Below are positions 37,879 through 51,247 of a DNA stretch of 64,000 nt, in pieces. The DNA is taken from positions 21,597,682-21,661,681 of the forward strand of contig CM119270.1 of assembly GCA_051294375.1 (NCBI GenBank). The letters are read 5' to 3'. Source of the DNA: Paraspadella gotoi. Its lineage: Eukaryota; Animalia; Chaetognatha. Numbering within the stretch: position 1 is the first letter of the stretch; each line of letters starts with the position of its first letter. The position numbers were made by a program, and so were the translations under genes. The notes beneath the pieces are model-generated. The model saw only the letters and a list, made by a program, of their open reading frames with translations, did not search any database and was not told the origin of the DNA.

Positions 37879-39200
37879 GTATATTTTACGGAAAGTTTGT
37901 TTATAAATATATTTTTTTATTAATACAGTATATTACAGTATTAACAAAATTAGAAACAATAACAATATAAAAGATAGGTGAAAAACGATAAACTATAAAC
38001 AAGTAAAAACTAAACTTATTTTTTTATTTTTTGATACCCCAAAAAACAGTATTGACAATAACAGAAACAGTATAAACTAAATCTAAACTAAACTTAACTA
38101 TTAAAATTAAAAAAAACAAAAGGACAATAACGTTTAAAATGGAATGATTATAAGATTGGAAAGGAAGAAGAACCGAAAAAATAAATGACGTATCCATAAA
38201 TTTTATCCACGAAAAATTTCTTAATAAAATAAAAATATTTTCCTTACATTTTTTAAATAGGGAAAGTTTTCGATATTCTAACCTTAAATATTTTTATCCA
38301 TATTTGATAAATCTAAAAAATATTTTAAAAATATAATTTTTGTATATAGAACTGTCTTGATTGAAAAATAATATAAGTTTTTAACCAATTGTTGATACAA
38401 CAAAGTTAATAATACTTTTCATTCTGCAATATGTAAATGAGAGATAATAATAAAAAGCGTTGATTAAGAAAACGCGTCGATATTGGGCGATCAAGTGTGC
38501 AGTATTTTTTTTTTTTTTTCTTTTATAGAGAAAAACCAATATTTCAGAATCTTATTTGAACAGATCATCGTTCAGGGGTATAAGATATGAATTGTGAGTT
38601 TAGAAGAATGAGAGCTATAAGGAAAAAGAGAGAGAGGATAGAGAAGAGAGAAAGAGAACATGGTGAGGCAGTCAGGACAATTACAACAGGGGGCATAAAT
38701 CCCTCCACCCCCCCCCTCGTTTCAATGTCTAGTTTCTCATTTCTTCCCAGGAATTAAGGATCGGTTTTTCCATGCAATCGGTTATTTATGACATAAGCGG
38801 AACCCCTATCTTCATTGAGGCCTCTGGCCCGCCGTGCCACAATCGAGGCGCTCTGAATTCCACAAGGCCTCTTCCACCTTTAGCGTGGTGCCGCTGAGGC
38901 TGGATTGTCTTTGTTCTGTATTGTCTGACTCTCACCTGTTCTCTCTCCTCTCTCTATCTACTCTCTCTTTCCTTAGCTCTCTTCTTCTACTCTACTTTCA
39001 TTCTACCGCTGAACGGATGAATTCTGTCAAAATAAGATCGAAATTATTTGGTTTCTATAAAAGAAAAAAAAAAAAATAACGTGCACTTGGATCCCAAAAT
39101 TCGACAGTTTTTTTTTTTTTTTTCTTAATCATAAATATTAAACAGTGCATGTGATGACTCTACCAAAACTCAATATAAAAGCGTGTTTTATCTTTAACAG

Positions 39201-39417
39201 AGAGTGGAACTGGCCGATCACCGTCGGTGGACAGCAGCCTCTGTTGCCTGAGGACGCCCTCGGTCGCATCCTCTCTCTTCGACTCCGCATCCGGTCGCGC
39301 CAAGCAGCACTGTACATATGCCTGCATGCAGCGTGGGAAACCCATAGCACAGTGGCACGTCTTGAGCCAATCCCAAAAAATTCAAGCAACGGCCCGGCAC
39401 CAGTGATACGCGACTGA
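39201..39417 (+). CDS. Synaptotagmin-like gene A, last exon (indel errors; stop at 39406 or 39417)
   Basis: TTTAACAG acceptor. RVEL..., LGRIL and GKPIAQWHVL (the synaptotagmin C-terminal PIAQWHxL motif) are spread over shifting frames. Confidence 0.8.
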
Positions 39418-39717
39418 ATTCGGGACAATCGTCAGCTCGGATGAGTAGTACGCGAAACGTGAAAATGCCACTGTAGACCGTTCTCAATTTCTACGTTTGT
39501 ATTTTGTGCTTGAAATGATTATTTGTTGTTTTATTTGCAAAGTCACTGTGCGCTAAATACCGTAAAGTTATAGTCGAAATATAATTATAATTTCTCTTTT
39601 ATTTCGACCTTTTTCGATTTGTACATTAAGTGAGGTAGAGGGTGAATTATTGAGATAATAAAAAATTGATAACTAGTTATAAATGTAGAAATAGATTTGA
39701 CAGATTAAGATGGAGAA

Positions 39718-39981
39718 TAAACAAGGAAAGGTTATTCCAAGATGTTGCGCCGCATTCCATTTAATAATAATAAAAACAAATTCATTGTAAAAAATTATTA
39801 AAACTTTGTTTTCTATAATAATTTTTTTCAAAAACAAAAGGCGGCGCCAGTAGTCGTTTATATTTGATGTGTAACAAATGAGAAACATAAGCGTTTTTAA
39901 TGTAAGTGGGAAAGACTGACAGACAGACATAACGACGGACAGACCGACCGAAAAGTGACTTAGAGAGTCGCGGCGCAACTA
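39718..39981 (-). mobile_element. Non-autonomous Helentron-associated element (HINE/DINE-1-like)
   Basis: Subterminal inverted repeats GTTGCGCCG (39744-39752) and CGGCGCAAC (39971-39979), an internal GACA/GACG (GTCY) microsatellite and a terminal short hairpin. A homologous copy lies at 51248-51500. Confidence 0.75.
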
Positions 39982-40130
39982 TATAATAATAGCTACAATC
40001 AATTTAAATTCAGCTTCGTATTATAGTGTCTCCAGCCCTTAGTTTACTGAACAGTTAAATTTAAAACTATTCAGTTATTCTTGGATGACTCACTCTCGTT
40101 AACCTTTAAAACATATTTAGCGAATCTTTT

Positions 40131-43100
40131 TAGTTGCGCCGCCGACTCTCTAAGCATTTCGGAGCGGTGTAGTCGTCGGTGGCTGTCCGTCGAGTTATGT
40201 TTGTTCTGTCATCCTTTTCCCACTTACATTAAAACGCTTTTTTATAGTTGTTTTCTCATTTGTTACACATCAAATATAAACGACTACTGGCGCCGCCTTT
40301 TGTTTTTGAAAAAATATAATTATAGAAAACAAGTATTTAATAATTTTTTAACAAGAAAAATGATTTTATTTTATTATTATTAAATGAATGCGGCAACATC
40401 TTGGAATAAACCTTTTCCTTGTTATTCTCCATCTTAATCTGTCAAATCTATTTCTAACATTAAAACTTAGTTATTCAATTTTTTTTAATTATCTCAATAG
40501 ATTCACGCTCTAACCTCACTTCATGTACAAATCGAAAAAAGGTCGAAATAAAAGAGAATTGAAATTCAATTATATTTGGACTATAACTTTACCGGTAATT
40601 TAGCGCCACATGACTTTGCAAATAAAAACAACCAAATAATCATCTTCAAGCCACAAAATACACTTAGAAATTGAGACAGGTCTACAGTGCGCATTTTCAC
40701 TTTCGCTACTACTCATCCGAGCTGACGAGTTGTCCCGAAATCTTCAGTCCGTATCATCTGTGTGCCGCCGTTGCTTGAATTTTGGGATTGGCTCATAGAC
40801 GTGCCACTGTGCTATGGGTTTCCCGACGCTGCATCAGCATATCGTCACAGTGCTGCTTGGCGCGCGACCGGATGCGTGAGTCCGAAGAGGATGATGCGAC
40901 GCGGAGGGCGTGCACCTCACAAAGAAGGCTGCTGTCCACCGACGGTGACGGACGCAGTTCCACTTCCTCGTTAAGACTATAACATACCTAGATATCATTT
41001 TTCAATTCGTCACTTACAGTATTGCAGAACTGAAAAGTATTATTACTTTAGTGTCATCAAACAATTGGTTAAAAACTTATATGTATTTTTCAATCAAGAC
41101 AAGTATCTATCATTACATAATAAATTTATATTTTTTAAAATATTTTTCACGATTTATCAAATATGGCATCAAAAATATTTGTAGGTTAGCAATATCGAAA
41201 AAACTTTCCCTATTTCAAAAAATGTAAGGAGCAAGAATATTTTATTACATATATTCGCAAAACAACTCTTGTACAGGCGTAGCACCACTCTTTACATCAT
41301 ATAAATCCGCGTAAAAATTTATTGGATACGTCTTTTCTATTTTCGGTTTCTTCCTTTCCAATCTTTCAATAATCATTCCAGTTTAAACTTATTGGCTGGT
41401 CCTTTTGTTTTTTTTTTTAACTTTAATAGTTTAATTTAGTTTAGTTACTGTTTTACTGATTATTGTCGAAGTACTGTTTTCAGTCACTTCAATCAAAAAA
41501 AATAGTTTAGTTCCTTTACTTGTTTACATAGTTTATCGTTTTTCACCTACGCGTTTTATATGTTATCATGTTTCTAATTTGTTAATTACCTGTTTTTAGG
41601 TATTAATAAAAAAATATATCTATAAATACGAAACTTTCCGTCGAATACATATACCCTTCGCTGAAGTATGTTCCGGCGCGAAACTTCAAAAGGTTAAGGA
41701 TCTCATGTGTCAATAGAGGAAACACGCAGTCATTTCTTTACCGTGTCTTCTTTTTGTCTACTTTTCCAGTCGATCTTTCAATCATTGTGAGCGACGAACT
41801 GGCTTGGACCTGCAAAATTTCATAGCATACGAACCCGTTAGCAGTCACTCCGACGTGGTAAATCGACTAATAAGCGAGAGAATCACATAACCACGAACAG
41901 AATCACTGGGTTGAACACTCCCTCGGGCATAGACTCAGTTATTGCATTTGGTCCTTTCGCCCTCTTATTCGGCCTCTCTGGGGCTGCCAAGAACGATATG
42001 AAGAGTATCTTTCAACTCGCAATGCCACATACGTGATCCGCAAAAAAAGAAGAGGAATAGTGCCTACCTTATCAACAAGCGAACAAAGTGAATCAGCTGG
42101 TGACAGTTGAAATCGACCACCCGCTGTCCACATCTTTACTCTCGCCTACACATATAAGTGTGTGTCACCGTCGATGTGCGTTCACACGATCCACGATATC
42201 TCTGTAATACCGTGTTTCGTCTATTCTTTTTTCAATTCCTGATCCTGTTTGTGCTAGTTGCTTCTCTCTGAATACTTGCTTGCATTCTTAACTTATTCAA
42301 CTAATCGTCTCTGTCCATACATTCTCTCTACACAGGAGTATGCCGATATACTACACATACTCCGTTTGGCATGCCTTGAATTGTCGCAACCACCTGAGCA
42401 TTATGAACGAAATATAAATGACACAGGCATTAATTGTGTCATCATTACTCTGCTACAACTTCACTCATACAAATACACAAATAAAAATGTAAAACGTCTG
42501 CCACTATCGTTGACCTGTTCTTTGCCTTCACTCTGCCGACGGTCAAAAGCAAAAAAAAATATCAAATTAATACGCAAATCAATTATTTCTCAAGTCTTTT
42601 TGTTGCCACCGTAAATGCTTAGTACAAAATAAATTGCTATCTACTAAAACAAATTTTATGTGGTACGTACAAACGCGAAAGAAGAGCAAAAAAGGGGAAT
42701 GAAAAATGGGAAACGAAGGGGGAAAAAAAGGGAAGAAAAAAAGGTTTCAACGGATTGAAAAAAAAGGGCGGGAAAAAATAATAAAAAAAACTCAATACTT
42801 GCTTTTTGTCTTCTTGGATCAAGTACAACATTGCAACGCGAACAGAATGTCGAGTCATTGCACGCGAAATAGAGCCATCACCTATATATTTCTGTATTAA
42901 TGAGCCTTCGACCTCTGGGTCTACTGAAACTCTTCTCGATTATTGTGAACTCACACTGAGTCAATTCAGCGCTATCTCTATAACTTGACCAGTAGCGCGG
43001 GATATAATATACAAACGTCGTAATTAAAAACCACACTCCCCTGCTTGTCATTTACTCTCATGAACACATCAAACCAATGTCCTCTTCTCACCGACCTAAT

Positions 43101-46100
43101 GACCCCAAAATTCTGTTCCTTTTTTTCCTTTTTTTTTTCATTCGTATAAATGACTCGCTGTGTATTACTATCTAAGTAGTGTAAAACTGTTATCTCGAAA
43201 TAAACCACAATAGTTACTCTTGCGATAGATTACTGCATTGCAGTTGAAGACCCCACACTAGACCCACACCGACCACACACATGACCCCACAACATGACCT
43301 TAACCATGGGTCTATGGTTATGTGTATCCAATCATCGTCACTCTCCACATTCACGTCGAGTCTTGGGAAGATTCTTCGCTTCGGAATACGACGGGTCAAG
43401 CGACCGCTCACGTGAACGTACTGTGAGGGGTGAAGGGGAGGCGGGAGAGTAGGCGCGGTTATGGGAGACTGTAGTGAGTTGCGTGTGTGAGATTTGTAGG
43501 GGTCGGTGGGTATGGTGGGGGGAGGGATGTGAGTTACATTCTGTTAGATAATGTCAGTGAGAAAGGGATTTGATGATTGCATGAGTTGATTTTGATGAGT
43601 GGAGCGAGTGGTGAGTGCGAGAGAATATGTCAAATATATATTCTTTGGGGGGATTTTTGGTTTACATTAAGTTGTTTTATTTATTTTGTTTCATAATGTT
43701 TAGTCTTTACAAACTTTTTTTTGTCCTCTGTCCTGGTTCTCCTCCTGCCTCCCGGTCCTTGGCTTACCGTGCAGAGAGAGACCACAGATTATCCACAACA
43801 GTTGCTCTTTCGTTAAACTTTTCAAAGACGACGCGGATCGCGGTTCTCTCAGCGTGTTTGCCATTCCTTCTACAGGGCGGGATCCAAGATCGAATTTCGA
43901 CAGATTTGTCAAGGGGGAGTTTGGGAGAAGGAAAAGAGGCGAGGGAGAAGGAGGAGGGGGAAGAAGGAAGATAAGGGAAGAAGAAGAGGAATCTAGTTAG
44001 TAGTTTGTTTTCTCACTTATGTTTTGTCGGCCGTTGGTATGCCGCTTGGATGGATTTGATTATTTTGTGAGATAATTGGTCAGCTAAACTCGGGTGTTGT
44101 TTTAAAGTAAGAATGAATCTCTGGAAATTTTTATATTTTTATAAAGTTTTATGATTTAAGATTTGGAAATTAAAAAGTTTTGGCTTAAGTATGACTGTTT
44201 AAATAAACTGTGATAGAATTGAGTTTGGAGCGATGTTTGTTCCTGAGAAAACTTTGTAAATATATTAGAAGGCGCGTGGGCTGAGCAAGAGTGGAAAATT
44301 AGTAAATTTAGCATTGGAAAATTTGATAGAAAAGTGTGATATTGTGTAGAGTAATGATTAAGCGGCCGTTCTCGGAGTATGATGGTCTAAATGCGCGTGT
44401 ACAGAGTGGTGATCTCAAGAGCTCTGATAGAAAGTGTGGTGGGGAAGTTGTGTTATATTATATTATCCTATAATTATAAAGTAGGTATTATGATATTTGT
44501 TTTATATAATCTCCTCTAGTATCTTTGGTTTCTGTTCTCTCTCTGATATTGGACCATTATATATACATAAATTCTCTGTATGATATAGTGTGTATTGTGA
44601 GATCTGTATGTTAAATGGATGTGGGTGAGGTTATGTTGTTATTTGAAGGAGGAGGAGGAGGAAAAGAGCGAGAGGTGGAAGGGAAATATAAGAGATTTTT
44701 TTTTTATTTTATTAGCAAAAGACTTTTATCTGGGTGTATGATCTTTATATAATAGTGTATATTGTCCCTTTGATTTTTTATCTCTGTCGATAAGTGAATT
44801 TATTATGAGTGATATAGCATTAAAGTCTGTGGCTCAAGTACAGAACATAGACAAGAGACGGATAGAAGAGAGAGAAATAACATGTTATGTAAGAGGACAC
44901 AGTGAACATAATTAATATTTTCCATTTATTTTATATATTATATATATATATACTTTACTTTATATAAGCGCCTTAGATCATACATATAATATGTGTGAAT
45001 AGTAGCAGTATTTGGTAGCCGATTTATTGTAATATGCATTATGAGTGTGGTGATATAAGATAAGGATAATTGTGTTAGTATTATCCAGAGTCAAATATTA
45101 AGATGTCTACATAGGAATATGGTTTTCTATATAACGAAATAAGGAATTCATATAGCTTAGAATACTTATATATATATATATAATAAAAAATATAATCTGA
45201 TCTAATATATATTCAATTGGTAAAATTAAATAAAAACAAAAAAAATATGAGGAATGACCGAATTATGAAGATGTCTGTTAAAAGAAAGGATGGGTTCCAT
45301 GAGAGCCATAAAATTATATTAGATGCCTCTCTACTCATCTCTCTCTCATCTCTCTCTCCTCTGTCTCAATTCATACTCTCCATACATCATCTTAGACTCA
45401 TTCTATAAAATGTTTTGTGTTATAAATAATTGATAAACAAGTTGAATTTATTATATTTATACCTGATATCCCTATGCAGAATATGAAGAGACATCTCTAT
45501 TACTAATAAATTAGTTAAAGGAATCACAATATTTAACCAGTATTAAAATCACATACACCATCATCCGAGTCTTCGAGCAACGAGAGCCTCGATAAGAAGA
45601 AGCATGACCAGCGGCACCAAGAAGAGCAGGATGAGGACGAGAGATTAGAGGAGAGAGAGGACGGATTGAGGAGAGAAGAAGACAGAGAGAGATGAGAGAG
45701 CAGACCTACTTGACAAAGGAAGACTAAGCACTCTCACGTGTCTAGGCTCGCAATATTTCATTGGGCGATAGTCGCTCTCCTCTCTCTCTCTCTCTCTCTT
45801 CGGTCTCTTCCCTCTCTTCTCTCTTCTGCTCTCTCTCTTCTCTCCATTTCCTATCTTTTTCTTTGTTATCTCCTGTGTAGTCACCTGATTCTGCGCCAAG
45901 ACTACGTCATCCCGTCTCACCTCTGTCCTTTACCTCTCAATTGTGCTTCTATTATTGCTCCGGTAAATTCGACCGAGGAGTAAAAAACGGCGTGAATCCT
46001 GGTATGCTGCGCACAGATCCGGCTCTCATTACCCTCCCACCATCCAGGTCTCCTACCTTCGTCCGTCTCCTCCCTGCTCTCCCTCTCCTATCTCGTCTCA

Positions 46101-49078
46101 GTCTCACCTCTCTCTCTCTTCTCTCTCTCTCTCTTCTTCTCCCCCTCTCCTCTCTCTCTCTCTCTCTCTCTCCTCTCCACTCTCTCTCTCTCTCTCTCTT
46201 TCCTGTCTGTTTAACTTTTAGATAAGATTCGATGTTATATTTCAACCTTTGATGAAAGTTGCTTCTCTATTCTTCTTCAATTTTCTTAGGAGAAAAATCT
46301 TCATGTATGGTTTTACTTTTTACGATGTTAACGAATTAATTATTAATTATTATTCAAAATATATTCCGTTAATCATATTCACATTCATTTCTGTTATCTG
46401 ATTCTAACTCGTTTTTTACTCATTGCACGTGTCAAAATTCCGCGAATTCAACCACATGCCATTTTTAAAACAATTTCTTCAACCACATCTTGTGCCTTTA
46501 ATTATCCCGCCCAAAGCCCCACAGTGCAATCAAACACTCCGCCATCCCCTTCGGGCAATTTTTTAAAAACCCTTTGCGCTACAAAAACGCCATTTACATT
46601 GCGCCTATAAGGGGGAACTCATTGTAACGCACCTACTTTCATCCCCCATTGCCCGCCCTCTCCAGTCCCCACAATGCCAGTTTAAAAGGCCCCCAAGCCC
46701 AACACGCTGCCATTTCAAAAGACCCCCCTAGCCCAAACCGCCTTTCATTTCAAGGACTCCCTAGCCCAAACCGCTTGTTTTTCAAAAAGTTCCCTAGCCT
46801 AAACGCTGCATTTCAAAAAAGACTACCTAGCCAAAACGCCTCTCAACCCCTAGCCCCAAACGCTGCTTCAAAAGGCCCCCTAGGCCCAAACGCCGGCATT
46901 TCAAGCCCCCAAGCCCAAACTCTGTATTATAAAATCATTTAGCCCCAATAGACTCATCCACGTCATCAGCGAGACCCGATAGTGATACAGAGTTATTTCA
47001 AAGATACTAGAGTTATTCAAAGTTGCCTACTGCCTTCCCCTCACATACATTATCATTTAGTATGGCTTTGTCTTTCGTCTCCTCTTCTCTCTCGCTCTCT
47101 CCTCTCTCTCTCTCTTCTCTCTCTGGTCTCTCACCGATACTCAGCTACCCCCAGCGTTGCGTCCATGACGCTTCCTCCGGTCAAAGAGAAAGCTTGAATC
47201 TTCAGAGTCTCTTTCTTCGATGTCGACCGAATCCGATTTAAACCGTGGAAATTTTCCATGAACCCGGCGTCTGCGAAGACCGTCCTGTGAATAAAAGTGG
47301 GGTGAGGGGGGAGAGAGAGGGGCGACAGAGAGATGGGGAGGATGATGAGAAGGATGCGTTGAGGAGGAAGAATAAGAAAGGCGTAGAGAGATAGTGCGGA
47401 GAAGGGATGTGAGAATGAAGATATTAAATAAAATTGGATGAATAAGGAGGAAAAAAATGAAGAGAGAGAAAGATAAGAGGAAGAAATATGAAGGAAAAAA
47501 GAGATGCGAAGTATTAATAAGGAATAAAGAGGAGAGAAAGGAGAATATAAGAAGATACAGTTGACAAGGAAGAATAAAGTGAAAAAGAACATGAATTCAG
47601 CACCTGAAATTTAAATCTATAACATGATTTTACAGAGAAAGAGGACGACGAGAGACAGAGAGGAGGATGCGAAGAGATAGATGATGGAGACGAGAGGAGA
47701 ACAGGGTCAAAACCGAGAAGAGAGGTAGTGTAAAAAGAATCTTAAGCGTCAAATTAAAGAAAAGAATGAGATATGAGAAAATAATTAGAACCAAGATGAG
47801 AAAAAAAAGACAGAGAAAAGAACAAAAGAAAAAACACTTAGATGCCAAACATAAACCGTTTTTATTAAAGGATCCAATTTCGTTTGCCTAATTTTCATTT
47901 GCTTCCTTTTTTCTTTCTTTTTTTTTCTTTTCTTTTTTTCTTCTCTTTCTTTCTCTTTTTTTTCTCAGCGGTTCTCGGGGAATGAAAAAAAGCAAAGGAA
48001 AATAAAGCCAAGGCAAGCGAAATAAAGCAAATGCGCAGCAGGAATTTTCTTGACCCTTTTGTGGTCAGCACTTTTTCGGTTCGATTGCCTTGTCGTTTTC
48101 CTGATTTCATTTAAAATCTCAGTTTTTTTTTTCGTTGATCGCCTTTTTCTTTGCGTGGAACGAGGTGACTCATTTCACCCATTCGATACGTGACTTTTAT
48201 TTTAGTTCCTGAGGGTAAAGCAAATTAATTCCATTTAATTTATTAAATTTTGTAACTTAAATATTTTAACTATCGGGAACCTTTTTCATTTCATTCTCTC
48301 TCTCTCCTCCTCTCTCTCTCTCTCCTCCTCTCTTCTCTCTCTCTTCTCTCTCTCTTCTCTCCTCTCTCTCTCTCGTCTCTCAGGCTTGCCTTTCTTCTTC
48401 TTTCCAAGATTATATATAAGTTAACAGCCTGGCGTTTGAAAGGATTCGCACCTTTACCAAAGAAAAGTTTCTATCCTTCATCCTTATCGCATTTTGTACT
48501 TGCAATATATTAAACCGGGTCACGGAAAAGGAGGGCTTCTCTCTCTCTCTCTCTCGCTCTTTTCCTCTCTCTCTCTACTTCTCCCACCTTAAAAAAGGAC
48601 CACAGCATGAACAGTCACGTAGAGTCAGGCACTCGAACTTCTCAAAGGAGGCGGTTAGCTTCGAGTTTCGACGACGTTGAACGATGCCGATCTTCCAAGT
48701 CGGGCGTCCTTTGTTTCCGATCGACGAAGTCCGTCGAAGGATTCCCTGAGGGTCGCCGGATGGGGTGGGGGGGGTGAGGAAGAGGCGGGGGAAAGGATGA
48801 GAGAAAAGGGAAATGAAATGTATTTAAAATTGGAAGGCAATTATTTCTTGAGATGTGCCCAAATGGGTGTAGAAGACTACAATCCGTATGTTCTGGGATC
48901 TTAGAGAGAGAGGAGAGATGAGAGAGAGGCTAGAGGAGAGAAAGATGAGGAGCGAAGAGCGAGAGAGACGCCGAGATCGATGAGAGACGAGGAGAGAGAG
49001 AGAAGAGATGAATGACCCCGGACCGAAATTGGGAATGAAACATAAATCTTATGTATAATTTCTTCTCCAACTTCCCAA
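40131..49078 (-). pseudogene. Inverted, error-ridden duplicate of 29045-39981 (exons 4-9 of synaptotagmin-like gene A); probable assembly or amplification artefact
   Basis: Mirrored exons at ~40740-40970, ~41655-41810, ~43298-43420, ~43768-43910, ~47135-47287 and ~48590-48750 (e.g. ORF text DVNVESDDDWI, SKFDLGSRPVE, FMENF). All are frameshifted, exons 1-3 are missing, and the arm ends at an N-gap. Confidence 0.85.
46680..46925. repeat. ~30-bp tandem repeat (CCCCCTAGCCCAAACGCTGCATTTCAAAA-like)
   Basis: About 8 noisy units. Reverse-complement units lie at 31315-31365 and 33873-33915. Confidence 0.75.
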
Positions 49079-49229
49079 NNNNNNNNNNNNNNNNNNNNNN
49101 NNNTATTATGATAGATTTTAAAAACACTCTCAGAGTAAATCTTAAAATATTCAAGAATGAAAAAAAATCGCAAATATTTTTTAGTTAAAAATGAAAATCA
49201 AACGAGAAATGACCGGAACAGGTTTTGAG

Positions 49230-49278
<49 letters not shown>

Positions 49279-49553
49279 AAGATATGAGGCGTTAACATTA
49301 AACGCCCAGGTTGACGGCGAAGCGTTCGTCGTCGTCTTCGTCGTCGTCGTCTTCGTCGTCGTCGTTTTCGTCGTCTTGGGTGTCAACCATAAAATCAACG
49401 AAATGAGAAGTAAACGTAATCACGATTTTTTTATTGGTTGATAATTCATTCTCTACGATGATCAAAAAAAATTAAAAAAAAACAAACAAAAATTACAATA
49501 AATAGAATCTTTACATAACAGATCCTGCATGAGGTCTCTAAAATGTTTTTAAC

Positions 49554-49600
<47 letters not shown>

Positions 49601-49926
49601 ATTCTTTGTCTCTCCTTCCAGCCATAACATGATTATTATTTCCTTGTGCCCCTCGGTCATTCTTTTTTTTTTCTTTTTTTCTCGTTACTGTCACATCGAG
49701 AAAAAAAAGAAAAAAAAAACAACTTAATCATAAAAAAATAATTTGTGAGAAAAACAAAAGGTTAAAAATGGTTTTCGTTGTTAAATTATGTAATAAAATA
49801 AATATTAAAACATAGATTATAAAAAAAGTGAACAAATAAACCAAAAAAATGAAAGTTTAAATTCAGGAGGAAGAGAGATCTGATTTTATTGACGCCGCCG
49901 CCGCCGCCGCCGCCACCGCCGCCGCG

Positions 49927-50142
49927 ATGAATCCTACTTCACCCGGCGCCGCCTCTCTCTCCGCCGCCGCCGCCAGCGCCGCCGCTAGCAGCGCCCCCTT
50001 TTTCGGTCAAACTCTTAACCTGCTTCTCTTCGTCGCCATCGTCTTTCTGCCCGTCATCATCGTCGTCGTCGTCATCGTCGTCGTCGTCGTCGTTTTTCGT
50101 CGATCTCAGAAAGAAGACGACGACGAGGAGGCGTTCAGACAG
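49927..50142 (+). CDS. Synaptotagmin-like gene B, exon 1 (N-terminus and transmembrane helix)
   Basis: MNPTSPGAASLSAAAASAAASSAPFFGQTLNLLLFVAIVFLPVIIVVVVIVVVVVVFRRSQKEDDDEEAFRQ|GTTTGA. The ATG sits in a GCCGCG context and the exon ends in phase 0, matching the next exon. Confidence 0.7.
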
Positions 50143-50143
50143 G

Positions 50144-50174
<31 letters not shown>

Positions 50175-50243
50175 TATTGATTGATTGATCGATTTCTAGG
50201 ACATACCCTGTATCGATTCTGATTGAGTGTAATGACAGACTGG

Positions 50244-50284
<41 letters not shown>

Positions 50285-50698
50285 ATTATTGTTTTGATGG
50301 ATTTTTTATTGGTTAGTTTGATTTAAATATATTAGACTTGATTGGTTGGTTTGGTTTATTTTCCGAATTGATCGTATGGTTGGTTGATTGACCATATTTG
50401 ATTGGTTGGTTTAATTTGATTAAAGTATTAATTGAATTGTTTTATTTTTAAACATTGATTTAATTTGATAGAATGTTTGATTTAAATTTATTTGATTAAT
50501 TGATAAAATTATTGAATCAATAATTTATTAGCTTATTCGGTAATTAGTTTCTAGATTATGATTGGTTGATTTGCTGACTTTAGGACATTCTGATTGAATG
50601 ATTGATTGATTGATTGTTTGATTTGATTGATTAATTAGTTGATTAATTCATTAATTAACTGATTTATTAGATTCATTATAATATTACTTATCTACCAG

Positions 50699-50813
50699 GC
50701 AAACGTGAAGAGAAAAAAGTCACTGTATCAAGTGAACCCTGTATTGATCGACGTGAAAAAGTTTGAAGTTCAACCAAAGGATTTGTTGGCAGTAGACGGC
50801 TCGAGAGAGAAAG
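50699..50813 (+). CDS. Synaptotagmin-like gene B, exon 2 (linker)
   Basis: CTACCAG acceptor. ANVKRKKSLYQVNPVLIDVKKFEVQPKDLLAVDGSREK-g|GTGAG; the VQP motif parallels VQPELY in gene A. Confidence 0.65.
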
Positions 50814-51069
50814 GTGAGAGGGATTAATGATAGATGATAGATGATAGATAAGAGATGATAGATTAGAGATATAAAGATTGAAGAATTGGAAAATTTAAGC
50901 ACCAAGAACAAAATATAGTAGCGAAGTTTCAAAGGAATTTATATCGATACCATTTAATTGATCCAATTTTAAAATTACTTGTTTCACTATTTTAAGTTTT
51001 AAATTTTATAATATTAATCAATTAAAAACGAAAATTTTCGTGGAACAACAATAAAGTTTTTATTAACTT

Positions 51070-51108
51070 TGGACATGTTTCGGCTCACAACTCAAGCCTT
51101 CATCAGCA
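51070..51108 (-). ncRNA. Minimal type I hammerhead ribozyme, Penelope-like-element style
   Basis: The minus strand reads TG-CTGATGA-A-GGCTT-gagttgt-GAGCC-GAAAC-AT-GTC-CA. It has the catalytic core CUGAUGA/GAAA, a paired stem II, a palindromic ACATGT mini-stem III and a GUC cleavage triplet, followed by AATAAA. Confidence 0.7.
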
Positions 51109-51247
51109 TCTGATTTAATTAATCTCAACAAACAAACATTATTATTAAAGTTGATTTTAAAAACAATATGTTTCTTTAATTAATTCAACTAAAAGTTGTT
51201 TTTAGACAAGTAAAATTTGAAAGGTATAAAATGTTTTGTCTGATAAA

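Noticed and set aside
40131-49078. A third functional synaptotagmin gene on the minus strand
   Set aside because: It mirrors gene A including introns, lacks exons 1-3, and every exon is frameshifted by random indels.
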